Sequence record: OR670491
Reading direction: 5' to 3' (one strand)
DNA: 64,000 bases
From: Escherichia phage vB_EcoM_JNE01
A program made the translations under genes and the position numbers. Below the pieces are notes generated by a model. That model searched no databases. It was not told the origin of the DNA and worked only from the letters and a program-made list of their open reading frames with translations. Positions within the stretch are counted from its first letter, which is position 1. Each line of letters starts with the position of its first letter. Below are positions 30,570 to 40,676 of this stretch, one piece after another.

Positions 30570-31745
30570 ATGTCACAACTACTAAATGAATCCAAATGGG
30601 TAGCAGTTAAAGAGAAACTAGTTGAAGGTCTACAAGGTACTCGTAAGTCCGTAATGGAAACCGTACTTGATAACCATCGTAAACTAATGCTTAACGAATC
30701 TGCTACTTCTGGTGCAACCACCGCTGGTAACATCGCTACTCTAAACAAAGTGATTCTACCAATTATGCGTCGTGTAATGCCTACCGTAATCGCTAACGAA
30801 ATCATCGGTGTTCAGCCAATGACTGGCCCAGTTGGTCAGATCCACACCCTACGTGTTCAATATGCTGACAACGCTCCTGGTGTTATCGCTGGTGAAGAAA
30901 TGCTTTCTCCATACAAAATCGCTAAAGCGTATTCTGGTGAACTAAACGCTGACAACAGCAACCCACAAGCTGCTCCTACTAGCCAACTAGAAGGTACTAT
31001 GGGTCGTCGCGTTAACATCCGTATCCTACGTGAAACTGTTGAAGCGAAATCTCGTCGTCTATCTGCACGTTGGACTGTTGAATCTGCACAAGATGCTCAA
31101 TCCCAACATGGTATCGATGTTGAAGCTGAACTAATGGCTGCTATCGCTCAAGAAGTTACCGTTGAAATCGACCAAGAGCTACTAAGCCGTCTACGTGCAC
31201 TACCTGGTGCTGCTGCTGTAACTTATGACCAATCTAAAGTTACTGGTGTTGCTACCTTCGTTGGTGACGAACACGCCGCTCTAGCTACTCTAATCAACCG
31301 TCAAGCGAACGAAGTTGCTCGTCGTACCAAACGTGGTGCTGCGAACTGGGCTGTTGTTTCTCCAACCGCTCTAACCATTCTACAGTCTGCAACTACTTCT
31401 AGTTTTGCACGTACTACTGAAGGTACTTTCGAAGCTCCAACTAACGTTAAATTTGTTGGTACTCTAAACAGTACTATGCGTATTTTTGTAGACACTTACG
31501 CCAGCGATGTCGAGGACATTTTGATTGGTTATAAAGGTAATGCAGAAACTGATGCTGGTGTATTCTACTGCCCATACATCCCACTAATGGCATCTGGTAC
31601 TGTAATGGACCCTAACACTGGAGAACTCGTTACGACCTTCTTGACACGTTATGGTTACGTTCAACTAACTGACTCAACCAGTTCTTTAGGTAATGCTGCG
31701 GATTACTACAGCAAAATCGCTATCAAAAACGTTACTTTCATGTAA
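30570..31745 (+). CDS. Major capsid protein, T4 gp23-like (compact form)
   Basis: IIGVQPMTGPVGQIHTLRVQY, VEAKSRRLSARWTVESAQD, GYKGNAETDAGVFYCPYIPL parallel T4 gp23 segments; strong RBS AAGGAG. Confidence 0.9.
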   Translation: MSQLLNESKWVAVKEKLVEGLQGTRKSVMETVLDNHRKLMLNESATSGATTAGNIATLNKVILPIMRRVMPTVIANEIIGVQPMTGPVGQIHTLRVQYADNAPGVIAGEEMLSPYKIAKAYSGELNADNSNPQAAPTSQLEGTMGRRVNIRILRETVEAKSRRLSARWTVESAQDAQSQHGIDVEAELMAAIAQEVTVEIDQELLSRLRALPGAAAVTYDQSKVTGVATFVGDEHAALATLINRQANEVARRTKRGAANWAVVSPTALTILQSATTSSFARTTEGTFEAPTNVKFVGTLNSTMRIFVDTYASDVEDILIGYKGNAETDAGVFYCPYIPLMASGTVMDPNTGELVTTFLTRYGYVQLTDSTSSLGNAADYYSKIAIKNVTFM

Positions 31746-31789
31746 TTGTAAACGATTTAAAAGATTTAATCAAGAATTTAAAAACAATA

Positions 31790-31816
31790 GGGACTCTTCG
31801 GAGTCCCTTTTCTTTT
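31790..31816 (+). terminator. Rho-independent terminator after major capsid gene
   Basis: GGGACTC-TTCG-GAGTCCC followed by TTTTCTTTT. Confidence 0.75.
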
Positions 31817-31889
31817 GTAAATACACTTGCACTACATACGTAATCGTGATATTATATTTTTATGGTAAACACAAGGATTTTCTTAAATT

Positions 31890-32888
31890 ATGGCTAGTAA
31901 ATTTAATGAACAATATTATGTTGATAAAATTGAAGGTATCATCAAACGTAATAACTTGAACATGAAATTCATAAAAATCATAAACTTCAAAAATGCTAAA
32001 AGTAATTTTTGTTATACATGTTGGGATTGTAAGTCTTCAGTACTGGAAACTAATATAGATAATTTTTCAACCCGCAAAAAATGTCAACACTGTGGTATTA
32101 TGAAACAACAGCACGGTACTAGTGTTCCAAAAACTGAAAGTCAATATAGACATGAATGTTTAAAACGTATTAAGCAAGAGAAAAAACCGTGGGAATATAT
32201 TAAAACCATTAGCTATAATGACAAGAAAAACTCTAGAGTGGAATTCCACTGTAAAAAGCATGAGCGTAATTTCATTGTTACATTTGATGATTTCTTGGGT
32301 AACAAAAGTGGTTGCGTGGACTGTGGAATAGAACGCACTAGTGAGTCCAAAAGAAAAGACCTCAAAACAATGAAATCCCAGTTGATAGGAATTCATGGTG
32401 AAAAGTACACCTATGATGATTTTCAATATGATGAAAGTTATGATTATCACAGTACTGAATGTGTATTTGGATGTCCCATACACAAAGACGTGAAGATTTA
32501 TAAAACTGTACCAAACTTTAGAAAAACTGATAGAGAACATTGTCCTGTGTGCAACGAACGTGAAGGAACAATGCGTGAACCATCAACACTATACGTCCAA
32601 CGTATAACACACCCAAGTAAAGGTGTATTTTATAAGTTAGGTGTAACTAACGATATAAGCCGTAGGATTAGTCAACAAAAACATTATGCAAACACTGAAC
32701 ATGAAGTATTGTTGATTGAAGATTTTGAAACTCGTAGAGAAGCACAAGACTTAGAACAGAAAATAAAAGGTACTATAACTAACAAGGTAGTTGATAAAGA
32801 AGATTTCCCTGATGGATACACTGAAACTTTCAATGAATCTGATTTAGACTTAGTACTATCCATGATTAAAGAATGGAAAGCTATGTAA
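31890..32888 (+). CDS. Homing-endonuclease-like protein: three Zn-ribbon modules plus C-terminal T5orf172/GIY-YIG-like domain
   Basis: Zn-ribbon modules like those in 8546-9310 gene (FHCKKHE...GCVDCG; CPIHKD...HCPVCN); C-terminal LYVQRI...GVFYKLGVTNDISRR...EHEVLLIEDF pattern of T5orf172 (GIY-YIG-like) domain. Confidence 0.5.
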   Translation: MASKFNEQYYVDKIEGIIKRNNLNMKFIKIINFKNAKSNFCYTCWDCKSSVLETNIDNFSTRKKCQHCGIMKQQHGTSVPKTESQYRHECLKRIKQEKKPWEYIKTISYNDKKNSRVEFHCKKHERNFIVTFDDFLGNKSGCVDCGIERTSESKRKDLKTMKSQLIGIHGEKYTYDDFQYDESYDYHSTECVFGCPIHKDVKIYKTVPNFRKTDREHCPVCNEREGTMREPSTLYVQRITHPSKGVFYKLGVTNDISRRISQQKHYANTEHEVLLIEDFETRREAQDLEQKIKGTITNKVVDKEDFPDGYTETFNESDLDLVLSMIKEWKAM

Positions 32889-32912
32889 CTAAACTAAAAG
32901 GAGTTGACAAGG

Positions 32913-33263
32913 ATGTTAACTGTATACTTATTTCGCAAAGAAGAGTACTTAATGAGTCAGTACTCAAACATTGAGATTAATGTTCCATACGGCACGTATG
33001 TTGCTTATGATGAAGAAAGTGAAACATTGCATTACTATGATGACAAATTAGATTATAGTACTGAAAAGTTTATTGAAGATGTACTAACCTGTAGTACTGA
33101 AGAAATGGTGTATGAAATCTATCTCCAGAAGTACAGAGAACGTATGTCCAAGGTACATGCAGACGCACCAGTACTGAACATTAACCAGACTCCCTCCGAA
33201 TTCCAACCTTCCAACCCATTCCAGCGTTTAATAGATGCTGGGGTAAATTTCCGAATTAGTTAG
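32913..33263 (+). CDS. Hypothetical protein
   Basis: ORF with RBS AAAGGAG upstream of ATG 32913 (track uses TTG at 32904). Confidence 0.45.
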   Translation: MLTVYLFRKEEYLMSQYSNIEINVPYGTYVAYDEESETLHYYDDKLDYSTEKFIEDVLTCSTEEMVYEIYLQKYRERMSKVHADAPVLNINQTPSEFQPSNPFQRLIDAGVNFRIS

Positions 33264-33301
33264 ATGATAAATATCTTCATAATAAAATGGAGATATTTTC
33301 T

Positions 33302-33610
33302 ATGTCACAAATATGTTATGTAATAACTAATGCTGCTTGGCCTGAGTATGTAAAGATTGGATTTACATCCAAATCAGAGATGACAGAAAGATTACGAACA
33401 TACCAAACTGCGACCCCATTCCGTGATTTTGAAGTGTATCATGAGGTTAAGTTCCCTGATGCTAGGGTTGCAGAGAAAGAGATTCATAAAAGACTAAAGC
33501 AGATGAATGCGACACGTCAGCCTAATACTGAGTGGTTCAAGATGCCTAAGAAGCTGGCAGCTAATATAGTTGACTCTGTACTTGACGATATGGAGAACGA
33601 TTTACTTTAG
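33302..33610 (+). CDS. Stand-alone T5orf172/GIY-YIG-like domain protein
   Basis: CYVITNAAWPEYVKIGFTSKS...RLRTY...FEVYHEV...EKEIHKRLK...EWFKM matches T5orf172 pattern; RBS GGAG. Confidence 0.5.
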   Translation: MSQICYVITNAAWPEYVKIGFTSKSEMTERLRTYQTATPFRDFEVYHEVKFPDARVAEKEIHKRLKQMNATRQPNTEWFKMPKKLAANIVDSVLDDMENDLL

Positions 33611-33650
33611 TAATAAATATAGTATATATTAATCATAAAGGGATTTATAC

Positions 33651-35324
33651 ATGAGCATAAGTTTTAATAACCCATTAGATACTATGACCAGTACTGGTGG
33701 TAACGGGTCATTGGAACTAATAGTGCTTGGTGGTACACCAACTAACCCAAGACCTATCCGTTTCAATTCATCATCAGTCATCATTCCAGTACAGACTTTA
33801 CCAGCGGGTGAAGCGGGTGCATTAGTATTTGACCGAGCGGAAGCAGTACTGAAATATCATAACGGTACTAGCTGGATTGCAGTATATGACACTGATACAA
33901 TTCTTGAACCAATTCGTTTATCTTTAGAAGAAGTAAACAGAAAATTAAATTTAAAAGTAGAAACTGTTTCTTATAGTAGTGGTTCTGTGCCGACTGCAAG
34001 TATCAGTGGTACTAACCTGAATATCGTATTCCCACTTCCTTCATCTTCTGGTGGTACTGGTCCAACTGGTCTATACACTTCAATGAAGCCTGGGGCAATT
34101 ACACAATATTCCTTGACTTCTGGACAATCTGTTAGTAGTATACGTGAACAGATGTCGGGTACTAGCGGTGGACAGAGTGGTAGAAACGGTACACAGAGTT
34201 CACCTTGGAAAACTTCCGATGGTTGGTGTTTTGCTGACGGAATGTGGTGGACATGGGCTGGTGATAGTGGTACAGTAACCAAACAAGTACCGAACCTTAA
34301 CCAGAACGCTTACTTGAAAGGTATGACCACAAGTGGTGTAACCAAAACTGATTCAACTATCAGTGGTAGTGGTTCTATCAGCAGTACTACATTGTCTATT
34401 GCACAGATACCTGCGATGCAATTTAGTTTTAGTGGAACAACTGGTGGTGGTGGTCGTCACAGTCATAGTCAAGCACTAAAAGGTATGGATAGAAGCGGTC
34501 TGAACGCATTGACATCAAGTAATGATAATGGTATACCTACAGTCATTAGTAACATTAACGAAGCTCCTGACCACGTTCACAGCTTCAGTGGTGTGACAAA
34601 CTGGCAAGGTGGTGGTCAAGGCCATACTCATGGACTTTCAGGTGTTGACGTAGACCACTTTAATGTGGCATACTTATACAACATTGCAGAATCCAACGTA
34701 GCATTAAGTGAAACAGTAGCTAACACTCGTTATGTACTGAAAACTGGTGATACAATGTCTGGTGCGTTGTCTATTGCGAACAGTGTTACAGTTCGTTCTA
34801 ATGATACATCATTAGTGTTCTATTTTAGAAATACTTCTGGTGGGGAACGTGCCGCAATTTATCATAGTTCTTCAAACAACACACTACGTTTAAGAAGTGC
34901 AGGTGGTACAGAAGTTTCTATCAACACAAGTGGTGGTTTATCTGCATCATCTCTATCAGCATCTTCTGCTACTATTAGTGGAACAGCAACAGCTAACGCA
35001 GTTTCATCTGCATCATTAACTGTATCTGGTCAATCTGCTGTAGTCGGTGGTAAAAACGTTGTTCGTTCAATCAACAACACGACTGCTGATAGTAATGGTA
35101 ACGTTACATTGACACTAGGTTCTGTGCAGGGTTTCCGTTTGGGTGCTAGAGTACAAAGTGGTAAACTATCAGCATCATCATGGAACTATGCACCAGATGG
35201 ATCAGTATTAGATGGTATATGGTTATCAGGTAATGGTAGTACTGGTACACACGTGGACAACTTTAGTTATCGCCAAATGGAAGTTCTCGTTAATGGAGTT
35301 TGGAAAATGGTAGATGTACTATAA
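33651..35324 (+). CDS. Tail fibre protein with His-x-His metal-binding motifs
   Basis: Ser/Thr/Gly-rich beta-type sequence; HxH motifs (RHSHSQ, DHVHSF, GHTHGL) as in T4 gp37/gp12 fibre tips; followed by chaperone-like gene. Confidence 0.6.
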   Translation: MSISFNNPLDTMTSTGGNGSLELIVLGGTPTNPRPIRFNSSSVIIPVQTLPAGEAGALVFDRAEAVLKYHNGTSWIAVYDTDTILEPIRLSLEEVNRKLNLKVETVSYSSGSVPTASISGTNLNIVFPLPSSSGGTGPTGLYTSMKPGAITQYSLTSGQSVSSIREQMSGTSGGQSGRNGTQSSPWKTSDGWCFADGMWWTWAGDSGTVTKQVPNLNQNAYLKGMTTSGVTKTDSTISGSGSISSTTLSIAQIPAMQFSFSGTTGGGGRHSHSQALKGMDRSGLNALTSSNDNGIPTVISNINEAPDHVHSFSGVTNWQGGGQGHTHGLSGVDVDHFNVAYLYNIAESNVALSETVANTRYVLKTGDTMSGALSIANSVTVRSNDTSLVFYFRNTSGGERAAIYHSSSNNTLRLRSAGGTEVSINTSGGLSASSLSASSATISGTATANAVSSASLTVSGQSAVVGGKNVVRSINNTTADSNGNVTLTLGSVQGFRLGARVQSGKLSASSWNYAPDGSVLDGIWLSGNGSTGTHVDNFSYRQMEVLVNGVWKMVDVL

Positions 35325-35839
35325 TGATGAACTTAAAAAACTTTAAGAAGTATAAAAAGTACTCTGAGCCTGATGGGTTCTTATATTTGATATGTGATGA
35401 GGGCATCGATTGGTATGATGCCCGACCATTATTTCAGAAAGACAGTACTAAATTTATGTATGACTCGAAAACTGGTATTATTGTATCAGCGTCACGTGAC
35501 GTAAATGATATAACACCAATGAATTTCTGTGTTTCTGAAGTTGAATATAACGGTGACGTGAATAACTTGTATGGTATGGTTTTTGATGGAGTAAACATAT
35601 CTCCTTATATAGAAACTGAACAGGAACGTGTATCAAGAATAAAAAATGAGTTGACACATATCAAACGAAGTGTTATCATTGAAATGAATCATCTTAAAAT
35701 GACAATTGACTGTGGAGTTGCAACTGATGATGAAATTAAACAGTTTGAAAAATTTCAGAGTTATGTAGTCGAGTTGTCAAAAATCACTGATGATGAAATT
35801 TTGAATGAATCATTCGTGATTCCACATAAACCTGAATAA
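35324..35839 (+). CDS. Tail fibre assembly chaperone candidate
   Basis: About 170-aa protein immediately downstream of, and overlapping, the fibre gene; assignment by context only. Confidence 0.35.
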   Translation: MMNLKNFKKYKKYSEPDGFLYLICDEGIDWYDARPLFQKDSTKFMYDSKTGIIVSASRDVNDITPMNFCVSEVEYNGDVNNLYGMVFDGVNISPYIETEQERVSRIKNELTHIKRSVIIEMNHLKMTIDCGVATDDEIKQFEKFQSYVVELSKITDDEILNESFVIPHKPE

Positions 35840-35875
35840 AACTTTGGAACAAACCTCAAAGCAGTGATACAATAA

Positions 35876-35910
35876 AGACAACCTCATAATAACGGGTTGT
35901 CTTATTTTTT
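35876..35910 (+). terminator. Rho-independent terminator
   Basis: AGACAACC-loop-GGTTGTCT followed by TATTTTTT. Confidence 0.65.
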
Positions 35911-35937
35911 CTAAAAACAAAATGGAGATATACACAA

Positions 35938-36237
35938 ATGGCTAAAGCAAATAAAGAAGTTAAAGTTGAAATCCGTGACCTAAACGACGAACAACGTAAA
36001 CGTCTAGGTGATGCACTGTCTAACGCAGTAGTTCAACTTACTTACATTGATGATCTACGTGCATCATTCACTGATTTCATCAAATCAACTTCTGATGAAC
36101 TAGGCATTGACGCAGCAGATATCAAACAAGCTGCACAACGTATCTATAAAGGCGACTACTTCGATAAGCAAAACAAGCTAGACAATATCGAAACTATTCT
36201 AAGTGTAACCAACAACCTACCACAAGCTGACGATTAA
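35938..36237 (+). CDS. Hypothetical protein (99 aa), monocistronic unit flanked by terminators
   Basis: RBS GGAG; terminators on both sides. Confidence 0.55.
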   Translation: MAKANKEVKVEIRDLNDEQRKRLGDALSNAVVQLTYIDDLRASFTDFIKSTSDELGIDAADIKQAAQRIYKGDYFDKQNKLDNIETILSVTNNLPQADD

Positions 36238-36260
36238 TAAGTACTACAAACTATTCTTTT

Positions 36261-36288
36261 AGCCTCCAATGACGGAGGCTTTATTTTT
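36261..36288 (+). terminator. Rho-independent terminator
   Basis: AGCCTCC-aatgac-GGAGGCT followed by TTATTTTT. Confidence 0.7.
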
Positions 36289-36318
36289 AACTTAATACAA
36301 TGTAAAGGAATACGAACG

Positions 36319-39300
36319 ATGTATATCGATGCTTATATGGAACGTAAACGTACTGGTGATATCTTACACGTAGCAGAGCGTAAGAAAGGCAAACGCATTC
36401 TGCGTGAGGTTGACCCAGTATATGAGTATTTTGTAGAGTCGCCACTAGGTACTCATAAAACCGTCTATGGTACAATGGCACAACAACTTGAGTTCAGTTC
36501 TCAATCGCAGATGAACAAGAGTGTTGAGCAGCATAAACTTGAAGGTCTACGTATCTTTGAGAGTGATTGTAACATTACGTTTAAAACCTTGGCTAAAGAG
36601 TACATGGGTAAAGAATCGCCAGAACTTAATATTATGTTCTTCGATATCGAGACGGATTTTCATAAGAAGTTTGGTTATGCACCTCCGTCTGACCCATTCA
36701 ACCGTGTAACTGCTATTTCTTTGTATCAATCATGGACTGGTAAGGATTATGTACTGACTCTACCACCTGCTGATATGGAATTAGTTGAAGCACAAGATAT
36801 TGTAACTCGTTTGAACCAAGAAACTGATGATCCAAACAGCATTGTAATTCTCTATACTGACGAGAAAGAAATGTTCATGGAATTCTTCAGTCTAATGGAT
36901 GATGCCGATGTAATCTCTGGCTGGAACAGTGAGTTCTTTGATATTCCATACATGATTAACCGTACTCGTAAAATCTTCAATGAAGCGATGACGGCTCGTT
37001 GGTGCTTGTGGAATAAGAAACCATCCCAGCGTGAAGCAGATAACTTTGGTAAAACTGTAATCACATATGATTTGGTTGGTCGTGTTCACCTTGACTATCT
37101 CGCACTGTACAAGAAACACGCAGGACAAGTTGAGCAATCTTACAAGCTAGATGATATTGCTGAAAAAGTAACTAAAGAGAAGAAAGTAGCATATGAAGGT
37201 TCATTGGATAAATTATATCGTGAAGACTACATTACTTTCTTACGTTATTCTAAACAGGATAGTATCTTACTTAAAAAGATTGATGCTAAACAGGACTATA
37301 TCAACCTTCATAACCGACTGGCCCACAAAGAGTGTGTACTGATTAGTACTACAATGGGTTCTGTAGCACTGATTGATACTGCTATTATCAACCTAGCACA
37401 CAGTCGTGGTGAAGTAGTTTTCAACAAAGCACCTAAAGAAGACTTTGAAGTAGATCCAGAAATGGAGTACTATGAAGATGAAGAAGACGAAGAAGGTGAT
37501 GAAAAGATTAGTGCAAAAGCTGCTGGTGCATGGGTACAAGATCCAGTACTGGGTATTGTGGATTGGTTAGGATGTACTGACTTTAACTCCCTATATCCAA
37601 CCGTATTGCGTACACTCGGCATGAGTACTGAATGTATTATCGGTCAGTTGCGTCAGGATTATACTGAAGCGTATTTGGCTGCTAAGGTACAAGAGCAGAA
37701 AGCAAAATCTAAATCTAAATCTTTTGAACCTGACTGGACGGCAGCATGGCATGGTCTATTTGCAGCAGTTGAGTTTACAATGGTGCATGAAAAATCCGAA
37801 GAAAACATTATTGTTGATTTGGAAGATGGTAGTTCGTTCAATGCTACTGGTAAAGAACTATATGACATTATCTTTGCAGAAGACAGTACTATTGTACTAA
37901 GTGCAAACGGAACACTATTTGATAAGACAAAGTATGGTGTAATTCCAGAAATTCTAACTCAATGGTATTCTGAACGTAAAGCACAGCAGAAAATGGTAAT
38001 CGATTATAAGCATATGTATACTGATGGTTGGGAACTTCCACAACCAGCGACAGTTGAAGAACTTCTAAAGAACTTCACTCCTGGAACTATGCATCGTACT
38101 AACCTACATGAAGATGATCCAATTTACCTATTACGTCTTGCAATTGTTGCGGAAGAATGGGATAATGTTGCGAAGCTTATTGTAGAGAATGGAATTGAAT
38201 TGAAAGATGGTCGTATCTTCTGTTCTAAAGGGGATAAATCATACTTCAAACAACAAAGTGCATTCTGGAAACAGAACCAGCAGATTCGTAAGATTCTTCT
38301 AAACAGTCTGTATGGTGCACTACTGAACAAAGGCTCACGTTTCTTTGATAAGCGTTTAGGTCAGTCTGTAACATTGACTGGTCGTTCCATGACTAAACAC
38401 ATGGCAAGCCGTATCAATGAAATCACAACTGGTGTTTACAATCACCAAGGTGGTGTGGTAATATATGGTGATACTGACTCCGTATATTTCAGTGTAGCTC
38501 ATTACTTCAAAGAACAAAACATTCCATTCGACTTGACTAAAGAAGAAGTCGTTGATATGTACGTTAAAATTGGTGATGAAGTTGGTGAATCATTCCCTGA
38601 GTTCATGGACGAGAAATTTAACACTGGTATTGAGAAAGGACGCATTGTTGGTGCAGACCTTGAGATGGTCGGTTCCCGTGGTCTATTCTTGAAGAAAAAG
38701 CGTTATGCTATTCTTAAGTACTGGGAAGATGGTTTCCGTAAAGACATTGATGGACAGCCTGGTGAGATTAAGGCGATGGGTCTTGAAATTAAACGTTCAG
38801 ACACACCAAAATACATCCAGAACTTCCTACAGGAGACGCTAATTGCGTTGCTGGTGGGTGAGGATGAAGTCCAGCTAAAACAGCGTGTACGTGACTTTAA
38901 GAGCGTATTTAAAGACATGCCAGTACACCTTAAGGGTTCACCGAGAACCGTTAAGAACTACACTAACCTAGAAGCAGAATATGCAACTACTGGTAAGTGT
39001 AAAGTTGGACACGTACTAGCGGGTATCCAATGGAACCGTCTACGTGATGCATTCGAAGACAAGTCTGTACCGGAAGTAACTGATGGTACGAAAGTTATCG
39101 TATGTAACTTGAAAGATAACCCAATGGGTATTAAAGCAGTTGGTTATCCAATCGATTGTGCTGAGTATCTTCCAGAATGGTTCTTAGAACTACCATTCGA
39201 TGAAGAGAAAATGGAAGAAATCGTTCTAACTAAAAAGTTAGATAACATTTTTGGCATTCTTGATATGGATATTGGTATTCACGAGAAGAGTACTGCTGCA

Positions 39301-39327
39301 TTGAACAACGGATTTTTCACATGGTAA
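36319..39327 (+). CDS. DNA polymerase, family B (T4 gp43-like)
   Basis: Exo motif FFDIETD, polymerase motifs incl. YGDTDS (VIYGDTDSVYF) and KILLNSLYG; about 1000 aa. Confidence 0.9.
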   Translation: MYIDAYMERKRTGDILHVAERKKGKRILREVDPVYEYFVESPLGTHKTVYGTMAQQLEFSSQSQMNKSVEQHKLEGLRIFESDCNITFKTLAKEYMGKESPELNIMFFDIETDFHKKFGYAPPSDPFNRVTAISLYQSWTGKDYVLTLPPADMELVEAQDIVTRLNQETDDPNSIVILYTDEKEMFMEFFSLMDDADVISGWNSEFFDIPYMINRTRKIFNEAMTARWCLWNKKPSQREADNFGKTVITYDLVGRVHLDYLALYKKHAGQVEQSYKLDDIAEKVTKEKKVAYEGSLDKLYREDYITFLRYSKQDSILLKKIDAKQDYINLHNRLAHKECVLISTTMGSVALIDTAIINLAHSRGEVVFNKAPKEDFEVDPEMEYYEDEEDEEGDEKISAKAAGAWVQDPVLGIVDWLGCTDFNSLYPTVLRTLGMSTECIIGQLRQDYTEAYLAAKVQEQKAKSKSKSFEPDWTAAWHGLFAAVEFTMVHEKSEENIIVDLEDGSSFNATGKELYDIIFAEDSTIVLSANGTLFDKTKYGVIPEILTQWYSERKAQQKMVIDYKHMYTDGWELPQPATVEELLKNFTPGTMHRTNLHEDDPIYLLRLAIVAEEWDNVAKLIVENGIELKDGRIFCSKGDKSYFKQQSAFWKQNQQIRKILLNSLYGALLNKGSRFFDKRLGQSVTLTGRSMTKHMASRINEITTGVYNHQGGVVIYGDTDSVYFSVAHYFKEQNIPFDLTKEEVVDMYVKIGDEVGESFPEFMDEKFNTGIEKGRIVGADLEMVGSRGLFLKKKRYAILKYWEDGFRKDIDGQPGEIKAMGLEIKRSDTPKYIQNFLQETLIALLVGEDEVQLKQRVRDFKSVFKDMPVHLKGSPRTVKNYTNLEAEYATTGKCKVGHVLAGIQWNRLRDAFEDKSVPEVTDGTKVIVCNLKDNPMGIKAVGYPIDCAEYLPEWFLELPFDEEKMEEIVLTKKLDNIFGILDMDIGIHEKSTAALNNGFFTW

Positions 39328-39479
39328 GGAGTTGTACAGATGGTAAATCACGATATTGAAATGATCTTAGATGAAGTAAACGATACATTCTTCAATGTAA
39401 CTTTAGAGTTCACAGAAGAGGGTTTAGAAGACGCTTGGGCTGCTTATGTTGAATATGCAGCAACATATGGGGACAACCA

Positions 39480-39785
39480 ATGAAAAACATTTACACACGT
39501 ATTGGTGAAGTACTGGATAACATTTCAGTTGATTCAGTACTGGCATACAACAATGACGAAGAAGAAGTTCTAAAAGGTGCGGGTTTTACCCGTACTGGTT
39601 CAGTTACAATCGATGATGAAATCGTTGATGTGTACAAACGTATTGAAAAACGTAATATTGTCGTTATTGATGATAAAGGCTGGACATTAAAAGACCTAGA
39701 AAACTTCCGAATTGAGCATCATATTGGTTTAGGTTCCGGTGATGATAACTTTGCTTATCTTGAAAAATGGAACACTAAATTCTAA
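39480..39785 (+). CDS. Hypothetical protein (101 aa)
   Basis: ORF; start overlaps preceding small unannotated ORF (39340-39483). Confidence 0.45.
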   Translation: MKNIYTRIGEVLDNISVDSVLAYNNDEEEVLKGAGFTRTGSVTIDDEIVDVYKRIEKRNIVVIDDKGWTLKDLENFRIEHHIGLGSGDDNFAYLEKWNTKF

Positions 39786-39790
39786 AAAAA

Positions 39791-39829
39791 TGAGACAAGC
39801 ACCAACAACCTGATATAATGGTGCTTGTC
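39791..39829 (+). promoter_or_regulatory. Sigma70-type early promoter (TGAGAC-17-TGATATAAT) embedded in a 10-bp perfect inverted repeat
   Basis: -35 TGAGAC 39791-39796, extended -10 TGATATAAT 39811-39819; IR GACAAGCACC (39794-39803) / GGTGCTTGTC (39820-39829). Confidence 0.5.
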
Positions 39830-39881
39830 GTTATCTGACACAGAAACAAATCTTTCAAAAACAAATAATGGAGAATATATA

Positions 39882-40613
39882 ATGGATCTACGCAATGTAC
39901 TACGTGACCTCGTAAACACTACTAGCGGCATCGACTTTACCTGTATCGCAATGAGTAGTGAAGACCGTGGTGATGGACAGCGTGTTTACATGGAATCATA
40001 CACTGAAGACCGTACCTTAGTTATGCGTGCATACACTAAAGAGAATGCTCCTGAAGTTCAAGGTCGTTTTGGTCTTGGTAACTTAGGTCTTCTACAGGGT
40101 CTAATGTCTCTAAAAACTTACAGTACTGAAAGCACCACTATCACACCTAATGTTAAAGACGGCGTTATCAAAAGTCTTGTATTTAAGTCTGATGATGCAA
40201 ACACTACCTTTATGGTACAAGCTGAAAAACTAATCCCAGCCCAGCCACGTTTCCATGAACAACCATATGACGTACAGGTTACACCTAGTGCAGCAAAGGT
40301 TCAGGAACTAAAAAGCTTCTCTGGTGTGTTTAAATCTTTCAGTTCACTAGTTACTCCTTACACTGAAGGTGATACACTTTACTTCCACGTTGGTGAGAAA
40401 AACAAAAGCAACCACGTTGGTGCTCTAGCATTCTCTAAAACTGACGGTGAGCTTGGTCTAGGGTTTGGTTATAGTATTGACCGTGTTCTACAAGCACTAG
40501 CCCGTGTTGCTAACTCCGAATCTGTATCTCTTGGTATTACCAAAACTGGTATGCTAAATGTACAAATTGACACTGGTATCGCAGTGTACAAATTCTACGT
40601 AAATGGTTGCTAA
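39882..40613 (+). CDS. Hypothetical protein (sliding-clamp position candidate, unverified)
   Basis: ORF with RBS GGAG before ATG 39882; located between DNA polymerase and RNase H; no motif-level support for clamp identity. Confidence 0.45.
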   Translation: MDLRNVLRDLVNTTSGIDFTCIAMSSEDRGDGQRVYMESYTEDRTLVMRAYTKENAPEVQGRFGLGNLGLLQGLMSLKTYSTESTTITPNVKDGVIKSLVFKSDDANTTFMVQAEKLIPAQPRFHEQPYDVQVTPSAAKVQELKSFSGVFKSFSSLVTPYTEGDTLYFHVGEKNKSNHVGALAFSKTDGELGLGFGYSIDRVLQALARVANSESVSLGITKTGMLNVQIDTGIAVYKFYVNGC

Positions 40614-40623
40614 TATAAATAAC

Positions 40624-40652
40624 GGGGAACATGGAGTTCCCCATAATTTTTT
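40624..40652 (+). terminator. Rho-independent terminator
   Basis: GGGGAAC-atgga-GTTCCCC followed by ATAATTTTTT. Confidence 0.7.
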
Positions 40653-40676
40653 GAATAATAAGTAAAGGAAGACAAA

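Noticed and set aside
36319-39327. Possible intein in the DNA polymerase (as found in the terminase)
   Set aside because: Polymerase motifs appear contiguous and no LAGLIDADG/HNH block or His-Asn junction was seen; the length is consistent with an uninterrupted family-B polymerase.
39882-40613. Calling this gene a sliding clamp (gp45)
   Set aside because: Only positional support; no convincing motif match and no clamp-loader genes seen nearby, so left as hypothetical.
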